Made by a program: the position numbers and the translations under genes. DNA of 24,000 nt from Porticoccaceae bacterium LTM1 (lineage in GTDB: Bacteria > Pseudomonadota > Gammaproteobacteria > Pseudomonadales > Porticoccaceae): the NCBI GenBank assembly GCA_030252795.1, contig CP127080.1:328536-352535 (forward strand). The letters are read 5' to 3'. Below, piece after piece: positions 1-9,073 of the stretch; the stretch's first letter is position 1; each line of letters opens with the position of its first letter. Under the pieces are notes generated by a model. That model was not told the origin of the DNA. It saw only the letters and a list, made by a program, of their open reading frames with translations, and did not search any database.

Positions 1-338
1 TGTGGGGGCTGGCCAACGAGATGAAGCGCGTTTCCGATGCTGCCAAAAACAACACCGCGACCAAGGACGAGCTGACCGGTGGTTCCATTACCATCACCAG
101 CCTTGGCCCGCTGGGCGGACTGGTGCATACCCCGGTAATCAACTACCCGGAAGTGGCCATTATCGGCACCAACAACATGGTTGAGCGTCCCGTTGTTCGC
201 GACGGACAGATTGTAGTACGCAAGATGATGAACCTGTCCTCGTCTTTCGACCATCGCGTGATCGACGGCTACGATGCGGCGCAGATGATTCAGCGCGTTA
301 AGCAGCTTCTGGAGCACCCAGCGACCCTGTTTATTTAA
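1..338 (+). CDS. 2-oxo-acid dehydrogenase E2 (dihydrolipoamide acyltransferase), C-terminal catalytic domain fragment. The 5' end lies outside the window. Probably branched-chain type, given the LpdV-like E3 downstream.
   Basis: Frame 3 is open from the window edge (WGLANEMKRV...). It contains GGSITITSLGPLGG and the catalytic SSSFDHRVIDG motif of the 2-oxoacid acyltransferase family. TAA stop at 336-338, with an E3 gene immediately downstream. Confidence 0.85.
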   Translation, partial: WGLANEMKRVSDAAKNNTATKDELTGGSITITSLGPLGGLVHTPVINYPEVAIIGTNNMVERPVVRDGQIVVRKMMNLSSSFDHRVIDGYDAAQMIQRVKQLLEHPATLFI

Positions 339-350
339 TTCTTGATATTC

Positions 351-421
351 CGTCATCCCCGCGCAGGCGGGGATCCATCTGTCTACGGAGCCAATGGATT
401 CCCGCTTGCGCGGGAATGACG
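351..421. repeat. REP/BIME-like inverted pair of GC-rich hairpin units (GTCAT-CCCCGC-N4-GCGGGG-ATCCAT ... ATGGAT-TCCCGC-N4-GCGGGA-ATGAC).
   Basis: Left unit stem 357-362/367-372 and right unit stem 400-405/410-415. The two units are inverted relative to each other. The same core recurs at 12701-12800. Confidence 0.7.
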
Positions 422-477
422 AGAATACAAAGTGCATTACGTCCGGCGCCATGCGTCGAACCAAGAGGTTTTTCACA

Positions 478-1884
478 ATGAAAAAACAATGCAAAGTCCT
501 GGTAATCGGTGCTGGCCCAGGCGGCTACGTGGCCGCAATTCGTGCCGGTCAGTTGGGCCTGGATACAGTGATTGTGGAAGCTGCCAACCCCGGTGGTACC
601 TGTCTGAATGTGGGCTGTATTCCATCCAAGGCAATGATTCACGCGGCTACCCGTTTTGAAGAAATGAGCAAGCATTTTGACGGCGCTCATATGGGTATCA
701 GCATCGCCAGCAAGCCGGAACTGGATATGGCTGGTGTGGTGGAGTGGAAAGACGGTATCGTCAAAAAGCTCACCACAGGTATTGGTCAGTTACTGAAAAA
801 AGCCAAGGTCGAACGTGTGCAAGGTTGGGCCACGTTTCGCGATGGTAAAACATGCGATGTCGAGACTGCTGATGGCGTTCAGACTATCACTGCCGAACAC
901 GTGATTCTGGCTAATGGCTCTGTCTCCACCGAACTGCCGTTTATGCCGTTTGGCGGCAATGTTATCTCCTCAACCGAGGCTCTGCAGCTGACCGAAGTGC
1001 CGGAGAATCTGGTGGTGGTGGGTGCCGGCTATATCGGTTTGGAAATGGGCATGGCGATGCGCAAACTGGGTGCCAATGTCACCTTCGTAGAAGCGCTGGA
1101 TCGCATTTTGCCGATCTACGACAAAGAGATGACTCGCCCAATCGAAATGTGGTTGAAAAAGCACAAGGTCGATGTACACCTGAAAGCTAAAGCCAAGGGG
1201 ACTGTCGAGAAAGATGGCAAAACCTACCTGCAGTACACCGATGCCGACGGCAACGAGCAGGAACTGCTGGCAGACAAGGTGCTGGTCACCGTCGGTCGCC
1301 GCCCGAATACCAAGGGCTGGGGACTGGAAAATATGTGTGTCGACATGAACGGCCCGTTTGTGAAAGTCGACAATCAGTGCCGCACTTCCATGAAAAATGT
1401 CTGGGCTATTGGTGACTTGGTAGGTGAGCCACTACTGGCGCACAAGGCCTCGGCGCAGGGTGAGTTGGTGGCGGAGATTATTGCCGGCCAGCGCCGCGTG
1501 TTTGATCCGGTGGCTATTCCTGCGGTGTGCTTTACCGAGCCGGAAATCTGTGGCGTGGGCTTGACCCCGGATGAAGCTAAAGCCGAAGGTATCGATGTTA
1601 TTACCGGTAAATTCCCGTTTGCGGCCAGCGGTCGCGCTTTGGCAATGGATGCGGGCTCTGACGGTGGCTTTGTGCGAATAACTGCGCGCAAGGATAACCA
1701 TGTTATTGTCGGTATTCATGCGGTCGGTGCACATGTTTCCGAGCTGTCTGGTGAATTTGCCCTGGCATTGGAAATGGGAGCACGCCTGGAAGATATTGCA
1801 GGTACTATCCACGTTCACCCAACCCTCACCGAAGGCACATTTGAAGCGGCTCTGGCTACTTTGGGGCATGCGATTCATATTTGA
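478..1884 (+). CDS. lpdV: Dihydrolipoyl dehydrogenase (E3), LpdV-like.
   Basis: Begins MKKQCKVLVIGAGPGGYVAAIRAGQLG (FAD GxGxxG). Redox-active disulfide GGTCLNVGCIPSK, NAD fold VVVGAGYIGLE, and C-terminal HVHPTLTE...LGHAIHI. I recall long collinear similarity to Pseudomonas putida LpdV. The ATG at 478 has AAGAGG 9-10 nt upstream. The track's 394 start lies inside the REP element. Confidence 0.93.
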   Translation: MKKQCKVLVIGAGPGGYVAAIRAGQLGLDTVIVEAANPGGTCLNVGCIPSKAMIHAATRFEEMSKHFDGAHMGISIASKPELDMAGVVEWKDGIVKKLTTGIGQLLKKAKVERVQGWATFRDGKTCDVETADGVQTITAEHVILANGSVSTELPFMPFGGNVISSTEALQLTEVPENLVVVGAGYIGLEMGMAMRKLGANVTFVEALDRILPIYDKEMTRPIEMWLKKHKVDVHLKAKAKGTVEKDGKTYLQYTDADGNEQELLADKVLVTVGRRPNTKGWGLENMCVDMNGPFVKVDNQCRTSMKNVWAIGDLVGEPLLAHKASAQGELVAEIIAGQRRVFDPVAIPAVCFTEPEICGVGLTPDEAKAEGIDVITGKFPFAASGRALAMDAGSDGGFVRITARKDNHVIVGIHAVGAHVSELSGEFALALEMGARLEDIAGTIHVHPTLTEGTFEAALATLGHAIHI

Positions 1885-1885
1885 T

Positions 1886-1927
1886 GTGAGACGTGAGACG
1901 TGAGACGTGAGACGTGAGACGTGAGAC
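1886..1927. repeat. Perfect tandem heptamer repeat (GTGAGAC)x6.
   Basis: Six exact head-to-tail copies at 1886, 1893, 1900, 1907, 1914 and 1921. The array starts 2 nt after the lpd stop codon and ends just before the terminator. Confidence 0.97.
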
Positions 1928-1928
1928 G

Positions 1929-1965
1929 AAAAAAACCGAGCTTTGAATGAAGCTCGGTTTTTTTA
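1929..1965. terminator. Bidirectional Rho-independent terminator.
   Basis: A7 (1929-1935), stem CCGAGCTT (1936-1943), 6-nt loop, stem AAGCTCGG (1950-1957), then T7 (1958-1964). Confidence 0.85.
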
Positions 1966-2051
1966 TGGTCAGTTCCCAGATTTCCTTCTTTATTCGTTAT
2001 GTCAGTAGGCGAAAAAGCCTGGGAACGAATAAATAATAAGGGAATTGAATT

Positions 2052-2537
2052 ATGAAAATAGTAGGTTTTGCATTGTTGTTGGTTTTGACGGGGTGTGCGT
2101 CAAATGCGCCATATGCAATCTTTGATGGCTCTAGGGATACTTCATTGCATGGTGCTTATGCGTATGATGTGGTAATGCTCGGTATAGATGGAAAGCGTAA
2201 GGGCGGCACACCCAGTTATTACCGTTTAAAGCCGGGGGTTCACCGCTTTCAGTTGGCCAGTACCAAATATGCAGGCGAACGTTCTAATGGTGCCCAGAAT
2301 CATTATGTACCAAGAAACGGTACAGGTACCTCTTATCAAAATTCAATCTCCTATGGCAAAGGAGATGGCAGAATCTGGTACCGGGAATACACTTTGTTGA
2401 TCAAGCCTTGTACCCGTTACTTGATGACTGCTGTGCACGATCACGATATTGGTAATGACAAATGGGAACTGTCGATAGTAGAAGAAGAAATCGAGAGCTG
2501 CAAAAACGAAATGGCTGAGGTATCAGTTTCAAATTGA
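2052..2537 (+). CDS. Hypothetical lipoprotein (161 aa).
   Basis: N-terminus MKIVGFALLLVLTGCASN carries an L-T-G-C lipobox. AAGGGA lies upstream of the ATG. No family recognised. Confidence 0.65.
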   Translation: MKIVGFALLLVLTGCASNAPYAIFDGSRDTSLHGAYAYDVVMLGIDGKRKGGTPSYYRLKPGVHRFQLASTKYAGERSNGAQNHYVPRNGTGTSYQNSISYGKGDGRIWYREYTLLIKPCTRYLMTAVHDHDIGNDKWELSIVEEEIESCKNEMAEVSVSN

Positions 2538-2549
2538 TAAAGCTTGATA

Positions 2550-2578
2550 GGGGAGCGTCTCAACTTGATATGCTCCCC
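2550..2578. terminator. Hairpin between convergent genes; a possible weak terminator with no clear U-tract.
   Basis: GGGGAGC (2550-2556) pairs with GCTCCCC (2572-2578) around a 15-nt loop. CTTGATA is repeated at 2543 and 2564. Confidence 0.3.
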
Positions 2579-2593
2579 AGTTGCAGACATTTA

Positions 2594-3214
2594 TTATCGA
2601 TTGGCTTTGGCCGCTTCCAGTAACTCATCTGCCGACAGGCGCACGGTGTAATCCGGGTTGGAATAACTGTATTCAACCTTTCCGTTTTTCAGAATAAATA
2701 CCGACGGCACTGGCAGCTGGTGGTGTGTTTCTCCGGAGGCATTCTCCAGCATACCCACTACGCGTTCGCCGTATTTGGGTTTGTATTCCTTGGCCGCATC
2801 AAAGGCGATACCAAAAGCGCGAGCAGCGTCGCCTTTGCTGTCGGACAGCAATTGGTAATCCAGTTGTTGACCTTCACTGGTTCTCTTTAGTTCATCCACC
2901 TTGTCCGGGCTGATAGCAACAATCTGGTAACCCATTTCTCTCAGCTCATCTTTGATGCCCTGGATAGCACTGAGATGGCGATTGCAGTACGGGCACCAGC
3001 CACCTCGATAAAAAATGGCTATGGTTGGTGTTTTACTGAAGTTGCTGAGGTCTACTTGGTCACCATTGACACTTGTCATCGATACCGCAGGAATGGTGGT
3101 GCCTTTGGTAAGGGCGCTGGTGCCGGTGGAGGATTCGGCAATAGTGGATGAGTCTGCCAGGACATTCATACTGGCAAAAACAATTGAAGCAAAAAATGTG
3201 CTGAGAACCTTCAT
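2594..3214 (-). CDS. Secreted peroxiredoxin-like / AhpC-TSA (PRX-like2) thioredoxin-fold protein.
   Basis: Signal peptide MKVLSTFFASIVFASMNVLA. Redox motif FYRGGWCPYCNRHL (CxxC). The size and layout match redoxin family members. Confidence 0.8.
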   Translation of the reverse strand: MKVLSTFFASIVFASMNVLADSSTIAESSTGTSALTKGTTIPAVSMTSVNGDQVDLSNFSKTPTIAIFYRGGWCPYCNRHLSAIQGIKDELREMGYQIVAISPDKVDELKRTSEGQQLDYQLLSDSKGDAARAFGIAFDAAKEYKPKYGERVVGMLENASGETHHQLPVPSVFILKNGKVEYSYSNPDYTVRLSADELLEAAKANR

Positions 3215-3361
3215 GTCATTTGTCCATAGGTTTGGTGGCGATGAAGGTTAGAGCGAATCCAGCTGTAAAGTTCACTTTCGAGCAAGAAGTGCAAACACAA
3301 AGTATGACAACTAACAGCTCCCAAAAAGAGATTCAATAGCTTGATGTCAGTCGGTTGACTA

Positions 3362-5908
3362 TTACTGGCTTCGCAGTACATTTGCCGGATCACATTTGGC
3401 GGTATGCAATGCATGGTTAAGTGTTACGAGAATTGCAATTAGCATCACAATTATTGGCGTTAGTACAAACACCACTAAAGCAATAGGTGCTTGTGCTGCA
3501 AAACCCTGCAAGAAGTGCTTGCTGATTAAATAGCCTGCCGGTAGCCCGATAATCAAAGAGATCAGCAGGGGTTTACAGCTTTCAAAAACCATCAGCCCTC
3601 CCAGTTTCTTAATGGATGCACCAAGAACTTTGCGGATACCAATTTCAGCGGTGCGTCGCTGGGCATTGAGCAGGCTAATGGCATATAGGCCCAGGAGTGA
3701 AATTATTAAAGCGGCTATGCCCAGAGGGGCGAGTTGATTCATTGGTTCAGATAGCTGTTTGGTGAGGTTTCTTAGTGCTAACGGCTTAGGGTCTGCAAAT
3801 TCAATTTTTGGTTCATTGCCCAGGACCTCTTTATAAACCGAATGGATATGACTTCTAGCTATTCCGGATTTTTCAGGATTGAAGCGAACAGAGAACATGT
3901 TTATGTAGCCCCCACGAGGAAAAAGAACGTCGGTGCTGTTGAAGTGATTGTTCACAGTTATTTCCGGGAACGCGTTAACTACTCCAATGACAATGAAGTT
4001 CTGGCCGGATTTGTCAATAATTTCAGCATCTATTGCTTGGCTCGGATGTTTGAGGCCAAGTTTCTTTAAGCCCCGTTTTGTAAGTAATACTTCAATTTTA
4101 TAGTTTGAGTCTGCAAATAATTTGAGGCGCTCTTTCTGATTCATGGATTTGATTTTGTCAGAAAAATCGTTACCTGCCAGTAGCTCAATTTGGTAATGAT
4201 CTAATATATTAGGGTCTATGTGACTAAAGTGTATTGAATTGATATTGGTTATGTTTTTGAATCCAGGGATTTTTATTGATTCTGGTGTGTATACCCTTCC
4301 TGATATTGCATCGCCAGAAGATATTGATCGTATGTGTGGATGCTGGGAGATTTTTTCTCTGATAATGTCTTGTTTTGTGAATGATTGCGGATTGGATGAT
4401 ACTGTAAATGACAGCATGTTTTCAAAATTTAGTCCAATGTCCAGGTTGGAAATATGCTTTACCTGAAGCAGGGTTACGATAAATACGGAAAATAGAGTAG
4501 TTGATAATACAAATTGAGTAATTGTTAGGGTGTTTAGTAGTTTATTGCCTTGCGTGGAGCCAGATTGATTCTCAAGAGCTGCTGATGGGCTGGTGTTTCC
4601 GAGAATTTTTGCTGGATACCAAGTGGTAACAATACTGATGATGGTCACTAATGCGAGGATGCTACCAATAAATTCTGGAGTTAGAATGCAGGAATGATCA
4701 AGATCGGTGATCATTGTTGTATTAATCCAAGGTATGCTAAAGCTTATAAAGATTGCGCTAAAAGTTGTGGCTAGTAAGGTTGTAAGTAAGGAGTCAGAAA
4801 AAAACTGGCGAGTAATTGTTGATTGATTGGCGCCCATTACTTTTCGAATACTGATCTCAGTAGTTCTACGTTGATAAAGGGTGGTGCTGATCAGGGTGGA
4901 GTTCAGGCAGGCAACAAATAAAATAACTGATACAGCTGAAAGCAAAATGACTAAAAATTTCCAGCTGTTGAAGTTAATGGCTGTGCTTGACTGCCCTTTA
5001 TCTCGAAGGTGAAGGCCTTGAAGTGGTGCCAGAAAGAAGTTGCGTTTGGGTGGGGCTTGGGCATATCTATTGTAGAGTTCAGGATGTCGAAGGTTGTCAC
5101 TTTCTATAAGCTTATTTAGATCATGATTAATGCGATTTACTTCTGAGGTATTTGCGACTTTCAGGAATGAGGTGACAAATTCCGTTTCTCCCCAGGTTTC
5201 AGTCGGAGAGGTTCTTTGACCAATACTTTCGATTTTGCTGTTGGAGGAAATGATAAGTCCACTAAATTTCCCGGGGCTCCCCATGCCAAGTGCAGTATTT
5301 TTGGCAAAGTCCGGATTCAGGATGGTTTGACTTGAGAAATCCGGAATGACTCCAACTACCGTCATTGGGGTGTTATTCAGGTCTATGGTTTTATCAAGCG
5401 GTTCCTGATCGTCGATAAATCGTTTGGCGGCCGATTCAGTCATTACCAATGTGTTTGGCTCGGATAGAGCGGTGTCAGGGTTTCCGGCAATGAAAGGGAT
5501 ATCGAATATATTCCAGAATGATTCATCCGCTTTTAGGTAGGTTTCGCGATTGACTTTTTTCTTTCCAACATAAATGTCTGATTGGTCGTCCATGGAATTT
5601 TGGAAGATATTGGATCCATATGTTGTAGATGGCTTATCCGGATATCTGTCAAGAATTTGTCTGTTGTATAGGTAGATGCTTCTACTGGATTCGGCCGGCT
5701 CCCCCGTTGATGTGGGGGTGGACGAAATTAACCCATATATTTGCTCTGAGTCAGTATATTGCTTCTCAAAACCCAAATGATAATAAAGGAAAATAATTGC
5801 CGTAGTCGCTGCTGTAAGGCCTATAGCAAGTGTTAAAATATTGATTAGGGTTGGAGCTGGTTGTTTGAGAAGGTTTCGCCAAGCTGTGCAAATGCCGTGA
5901 AGTATCAT
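3362..5908 (-). CDS. ABC-type permease with duplicated FtsX/MacB-like modules (848 aa), paralog B.
   Basis: The N-terminal WRNLLKQP...LTLAIGLTAA TM helix is followed by a large extracytoplasmic region. Two FtsX signatures are present (RRTTEISIRKVMGANQS and RRTAEIGIRKVLGASIKK), each followed by TM helices. The C-terminus is ...AKCDPANVLRSQ. Confidence 0.85.
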   Translation of the reverse strand: MILHGICTAWRNLLKQPAPTLINILTLAIGLTAATTAIIFLYYHLGFEKQYTDSEQIYGLISSTPTSTGEPAESSRSIYLYNRQILDRYPDKPSTTYGSNIFQNSMDDQSDIYVGKKKVNRETYLKADESFWNIFDIPFIAGNPDTALSEPNTLVMTESAAKRFIDDQEPLDKTIDLNNTPMTVVGVIPDFSSQTILNPDFAKNTALGMGSPGKFSGLIISSNSKIESIGQRTSPTETWGETEFVTSFLKVANTSEVNRINHDLNKLIESDNLRHPELYNRYAQAPPKRNFFLAPLQGLHLRDKGQSSTAINFNSWKFLVILLSAVSVILFVACLNSTLISTTLYQRRTTEISIRKVMGANQSTITRQFFSDSLLTTLLATTFSAIFISFSIPWINTTMITDLDHSCILTPEFIGSILALVTIISIVTTWYPAKILGNTSPSAALENQSGSTQGNKLLNTLTITQFVLSTTLFSVFIVTLLQVKHISNLDIGLNFENMLSFTVSSNPQSFTKQDIIREKISQHPHIRSISSGDAISGRVYTPESIKIPGFKNITNINSIHFSHIDPNILDHYQIELLAGNDFSDKIKSMNQKERLKLFADSNYKIEVLLTKRGLKKLGLKHPSQAIDAEIIDKSGQNFIVIGVVNAFPEITVNNHFNSTDVLFPRGGYINMFSVRFNPEKSGIARSHIHSVYKEVLGNEPKIEFADPKPLALRNLTKQLSEPMNQLAPLGIAALIISLLGLYAISLLNAQRRTAEIGIRKVLGASIKKLGGLMVFESCKPLLISLIIGLPAGYLISKHFLQGFAAQAPIALVVFVLTPIIVMLIAILVTLNHALHTAKCDPANVLRSQ

Positions 5909-6031
5909 TCTATATGTCCATTTGTTGTTGTTCCTTGTTCTTAATGTACTTTTTAGACCAGCTCTTAAAGGAATTCTTGATGTTTTGCATTTCTTTGCAA
6001 TTCTTATCAGTTCTTTTCGAGTGCTGAGACG

Positions 6032-8539
6032 TCATTGGCTTCGTAACACTTTTGCAGGATCGCATTTTGCCGCTGAGAGTGAATGGCTAAGGGTGACCAG
6101 TACAGCGATTAATACTACGACCGCTGGCACTAATGCAAAAACAATTAAGGCGATTGGGGGTTGTTCTATGAAGGCTTGCAAAAATTGTTTGCTGATCAAA
6201 TAGCCGACCGGAAGCCCTATAATTAGGGAAACCAGTAGTGGTTTGCAGCTATCAAACACCATGAGGCCGCTCAGTCTTTTTTTGGAAGCACCAAGCACTT
6301 TTCGAATGCCAATTTCGTGAAAACGACGCTGGGCGTTCAGGAGGCTGATGGCATAGAGGCCTAGGACAGAAATAACAAGTGCACCGATACCCAGGGAGGC
6401 AAGGTGGGAGATGGGTTGGGATATGTTTTTTTCAAGTTGCTGGAGCCCAAATGGCTTGGAGTCCATAAAAACCACCTCATCAGTGCTTTCCGACTGATCT
6501 TCAATTATGGATTTTATGTATTGCTTAACGGATTCCTTTGTTCCTTCCTTGAAGCGAATTGAGTTGTAGCTGTGAGGGTATCGGAAGGCTGGGATTATAT
6601 CTGCGCCCAAGTGGTCGTTTTCAGTGGTGACCTTTGGGAAGGCATTAATTACACCGACAATGCGAAATGATTGAGCGTTCGGGCTTGTTATTTTTGCTCC
6701 GATAGCCTGTTTTGGATCTGCTACTCCTATCTTCTGGAGGCCTTGTAAAGTCAGTAATGCCTCGAGATTCTCTTTGTTTTCCTGCATAAATTTCACGTAT
6801 TCATCTTGTGATGTGATTGGCGATGCCCTCGAGAATTTTTCCCCTGACAGAAGGTTAATTTGGTGGTGTTCCAAAAATCCATCAGGGTTGGTTGGCCACA
6901 TGGTGAGGTTTTTGGTCTCAGGTGGTAGGTTGTTGTTAAAGAATTCTATTTTTGATTGAAGGAGAGGGTGCCCATAAAAATGGTCAATACTCCTGGCTGA
7001 GAGTATGTCAGGGTGTTGTAGAAGCTGTTTTCGAGTGATAGCTGTTTTCTCGGAAAAAATATTGAATTGATCATGTTGAAAATGAATTATGTTTTCAAAA
7101 TTGGCGCCGATATCCAGTTGAGATATGTGCTTCAGTTGAAAGCTCATGACAGTCAGTGTGGAAAATAAAGCAATTGAAAATATAAATTGTAAAATGGTCA
7201 AGGCTGTGATGATTCGGCTATTCTTTTTGGAGTGGGCTTGCTTTTCAATCGCTAAGAGGGGAGGTGTTGTTCCCAGTCGATATGCTGGGTACCAGGATGT
7301 TGCTAAGCTGACGAATATAATGAGGGCCATTAGGGCGCTAACAAAGGTTGGGGTTAAAAATGTTACTTTCCCAAGATCAGAATTTGTTGCCTGATTGATC
7401 CATGGAAGGGAGAAAGCTATCAGGACTGCTGCAACGGTAGCTGCCAACACAGTAATGCAGATTGATTCCGAAAAGAATTGGCGGGCAATGGATGTGGGAG
7501 TTGCGCCTGATATTTTTCGAATGCCGACTTCGATAGCTCTGCGTTGGTAAAGGACTGTGCTTATTACGGTTGAGTTGAGGCAGGCAACTAACAGTATTGC
7601 AGCAGCCATTGATAACATGATTATGAGAAATTTCCAGCTGTTAATGTTTAACCCTGTCTTTGACTGAATGCTTTCTCTAAGGTGGAGTCCTTTCAGTGGA
7701 GCTAATTTGAGTTCTGTTTTTGCGAATGGAGTTGAGCCTTTGGGGAGGTTGCCAAGGATAAGGGATGTGAATTCCTGCTCGAGAGCTTTGGTGTTACCCT
7801 CAGGTGGAAGCGCAATATATGAATGGACATGCTCAGAGTCACTCCAGTTTTCTGTGGATTTTTTGTAGAATCCAAAAGGAATTTCTTTTGATGAGGCGGA
7901 AATAATCAGGCCGCTAAAATGGATTTCAGAAGAAAGCAGGTTGGGGTTTAATACCGTTTGTTCTGGAAAGTCGGGGATAACGCCAACAATTTTCATTGGC
8001 CACTTATGAAGTTGTATCACTTGTCCAAGTGCTTCCCGGTCACCAAACAGTCGCTTGGCCGATGATGCGGTTATAACCAGGGTATAGGGTTGTGACAGTG
8101 CAGTATCGGCATCTCCCGCTATAAAGGGTATCTCAAAAAATCTCCAGAAACTTTGATCGGCTTTTAGAAAAGACTCTTCTGTGACATCAAAGTCGTTCAG
8201 CTGGATTTTTGAGTTTGGCTCACTTGGTTCCCTGAAAATGCTGTAGTTATAAAGAGTGGAGTTGAGTTCAGGGTAGTTTTGTTGAATCTGCTGATGATAT
8301 CTGTAATTAATCATTGAATTATCATAGATTTCTCCGTTAGCGAGGATTGCTTTTTGGCGTATTTGGTAGATGTTGTCGGCATTTGGGTATTGCTGCTCAA
8401 AGCCTAAGTGGTAGTACAGAATAATAATCGCTACCGTAGCGGCTGTAAGGCCAATGGCCAGAGTCAGGATATTTATGGCAGACGCTACAGGTTGTCTGAG
8501 CAGGTTTCTCCAAATAAGAAGGCTGTAGTTGGAGTACAT
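6032..8539 (-). CDS. ABC-type permease with duplicated FtsX/MacB-like modules (835 aa), paralog A.
   Basis: Same architecture as 3362-5908. The N-terminal and C-terminal segments are near-identical (WRNLLRQP..., RRFHEIGIRKVLGASKKR..., AKCDPAKVLRSQ). AAGGA lies upstream of the ATG at 8539. Confidence 0.85.
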   Translation of the reverse strand: MYSNYSLLIWRNLLRQPVASAINILTLAIGLTAATVAIIILYYHLGFEQQYPNADNIYQIRQKAILANGEIYDNSMINYRYHQQIQQNYPELNSTLYNYSIFREPSEPNSKIQLNDFDVTEESFLKADQSFWRFFEIPFIAGDADTALSQPYTLVITASSAKRLFGDREALGQVIQLHKWPMKIVGVIPDFPEQTVLNPNLLSSEIHFSGLIISASSKEIPFGFYKKSTENWSDSEHVHSYIALPPEGNTKALEQEFTSLILGNLPKGSTPFAKTELKLAPLKGLHLRESIQSKTGLNINSWKFLIIMLSMAAAILLVACLNSTVISTVLYQRRAIEVGIRKISGATPTSIARQFFSESICITVLAATVAAVLIAFSLPWINQATNSDLGKVTFLTPTFVSALMALIIFVSLATSWYPAYRLGTTPPLLAIEKQAHSKKNSRIITALTILQFIFSIALFSTLTVMSFQLKHISQLDIGANFENIIHFQHDQFNIFSEKTAITRKQLLQHPDILSARSIDHFYGHPLLQSKIEFFNNNLPPETKNLTMWPTNPDGFLEHHQINLLSGEKFSRASPITSQDEYVKFMQENKENLEALLTLQGLQKIGVADPKQAIGAKITSPNAQSFRIVGVINAFPKVTTENDHLGADIIPAFRYPHSYNSIRFKEGTKESVKQYIKSIIEDQSESTDEVVFMDSKPFGLQQLEKNISQPISHLASLGIGALVISVLGLYAISLLNAQRRFHEIGIRKVLGASKKRLSGLMVFDSCKPLLVSLIIGLPVGYLISKQFLQAFIEQPPIALIVFALVPAVVVLIAVLVTLSHSLSAAKCDPAKVLRSQ

Positions 8540-8617
8540 TGCAGGTCCTTTGCTTTAAGTTATTATGCAAATCCGGCCTGGGGTTTCTCCGCAGACCGGT
8601 TAGATCGTCAGTGTGAA

Positions 8618-9073
8618 TTACAGGTGATCCAGAGGCAGTTCTGTGGTGTGCTTGATGGTTTCCATCACAAAGCTGGAGCTGACATCAAACAGGTCAGCCT
8701 TGATCAGCTCCTGATAGAGTTTGTCAAAACCGGACATGTCGGTTACTACAGCGCGCACCAGGTAGTCAAGCTCGCCGCTCATGCGATATACCTCAAGTAC
8801 TTCCGGGATACTGGTGACTACGCGACGGAACTCTTTGAACCACTCTTCGTTATGCCGGTTGGTGCGGATAGATATAAACACCGAGAGAGTGAGGTTCAGT
8901 TTGTCCTGGTCCAAAAGGGCAACTCGGGACTTGACTACCCCCTCCGATTCCAGCTTTTGAATACGTCTCCAGCAAGCGGTTTTGGAGAGTGAGATACGGT
9001 CAGCAATTTCTGCAACAGACAGGGTTGCATCTTTTTGAAGTGTTTCGAGGATTGCTTTGTCGAATTTATCCAT
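8618..9073 (-). CDS. Lrp/AsnC family transcriptional regulator (151 aa).
   Basis: Opens MDKFDKAILETLQKDATLSVAEIADRISLSKTACWRRIQKLESEGV (HTH), followed by a RAM/AsnC_trans_reg-type C-terminal domain (VFISIRT...LEVYRMSGELDYLVRAV). Confidence 0.9.
   Translation of the reverse strand: MDKFDKAILETLQKDATLSVAEIADRISLSKTACWRRIQKLESEGVVKSRVALLDQDKLNLTLSVFISIRTNRHNEEWFKEFRRVVTSIPEVLEVYRMSGELDYLVRAVVTDMSGFDKLYQELIKADLFDVSSSFVMETIKHTTELPLDHL

Noticed and set aside
331-690. 119-aa minus-strand ORF, plus the 394-477 extension of the lpd ORF.
   Set aside because: Both are translations of the REP-like palindrome (IPAQAGIH / SRLRGNDE-type peptides) or lie antisense to lpd. The real lpd start at 478 has an SD, and its N-terminus matches E3 enzymes.
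1886-1927. The heptamer array considered as a CRISPR-like or coding repeat.
   Set aside because: The units are only 7 bp with no spacers, so it is not CRISPR. The array lies after the stop codon and 7 is not a multiple of 3, so it is not a coding repeat.
3211-3414. 67-aa minus-strand ORF bridging the permease 3' end and the peroxiredoxin start.
   Set aside because: It starts inside the permease gene in another frame and overlaps the peroxiredoxin start. It has no SD or motifs and is probably spurious.
8408-8992. 194-aa plus-strand ORF.
   Set aside because: It runs antisense across the permease start, the intergenic gap and most of the Lrp gene. It has no motifs and both overlapped genes have clear family signatures.
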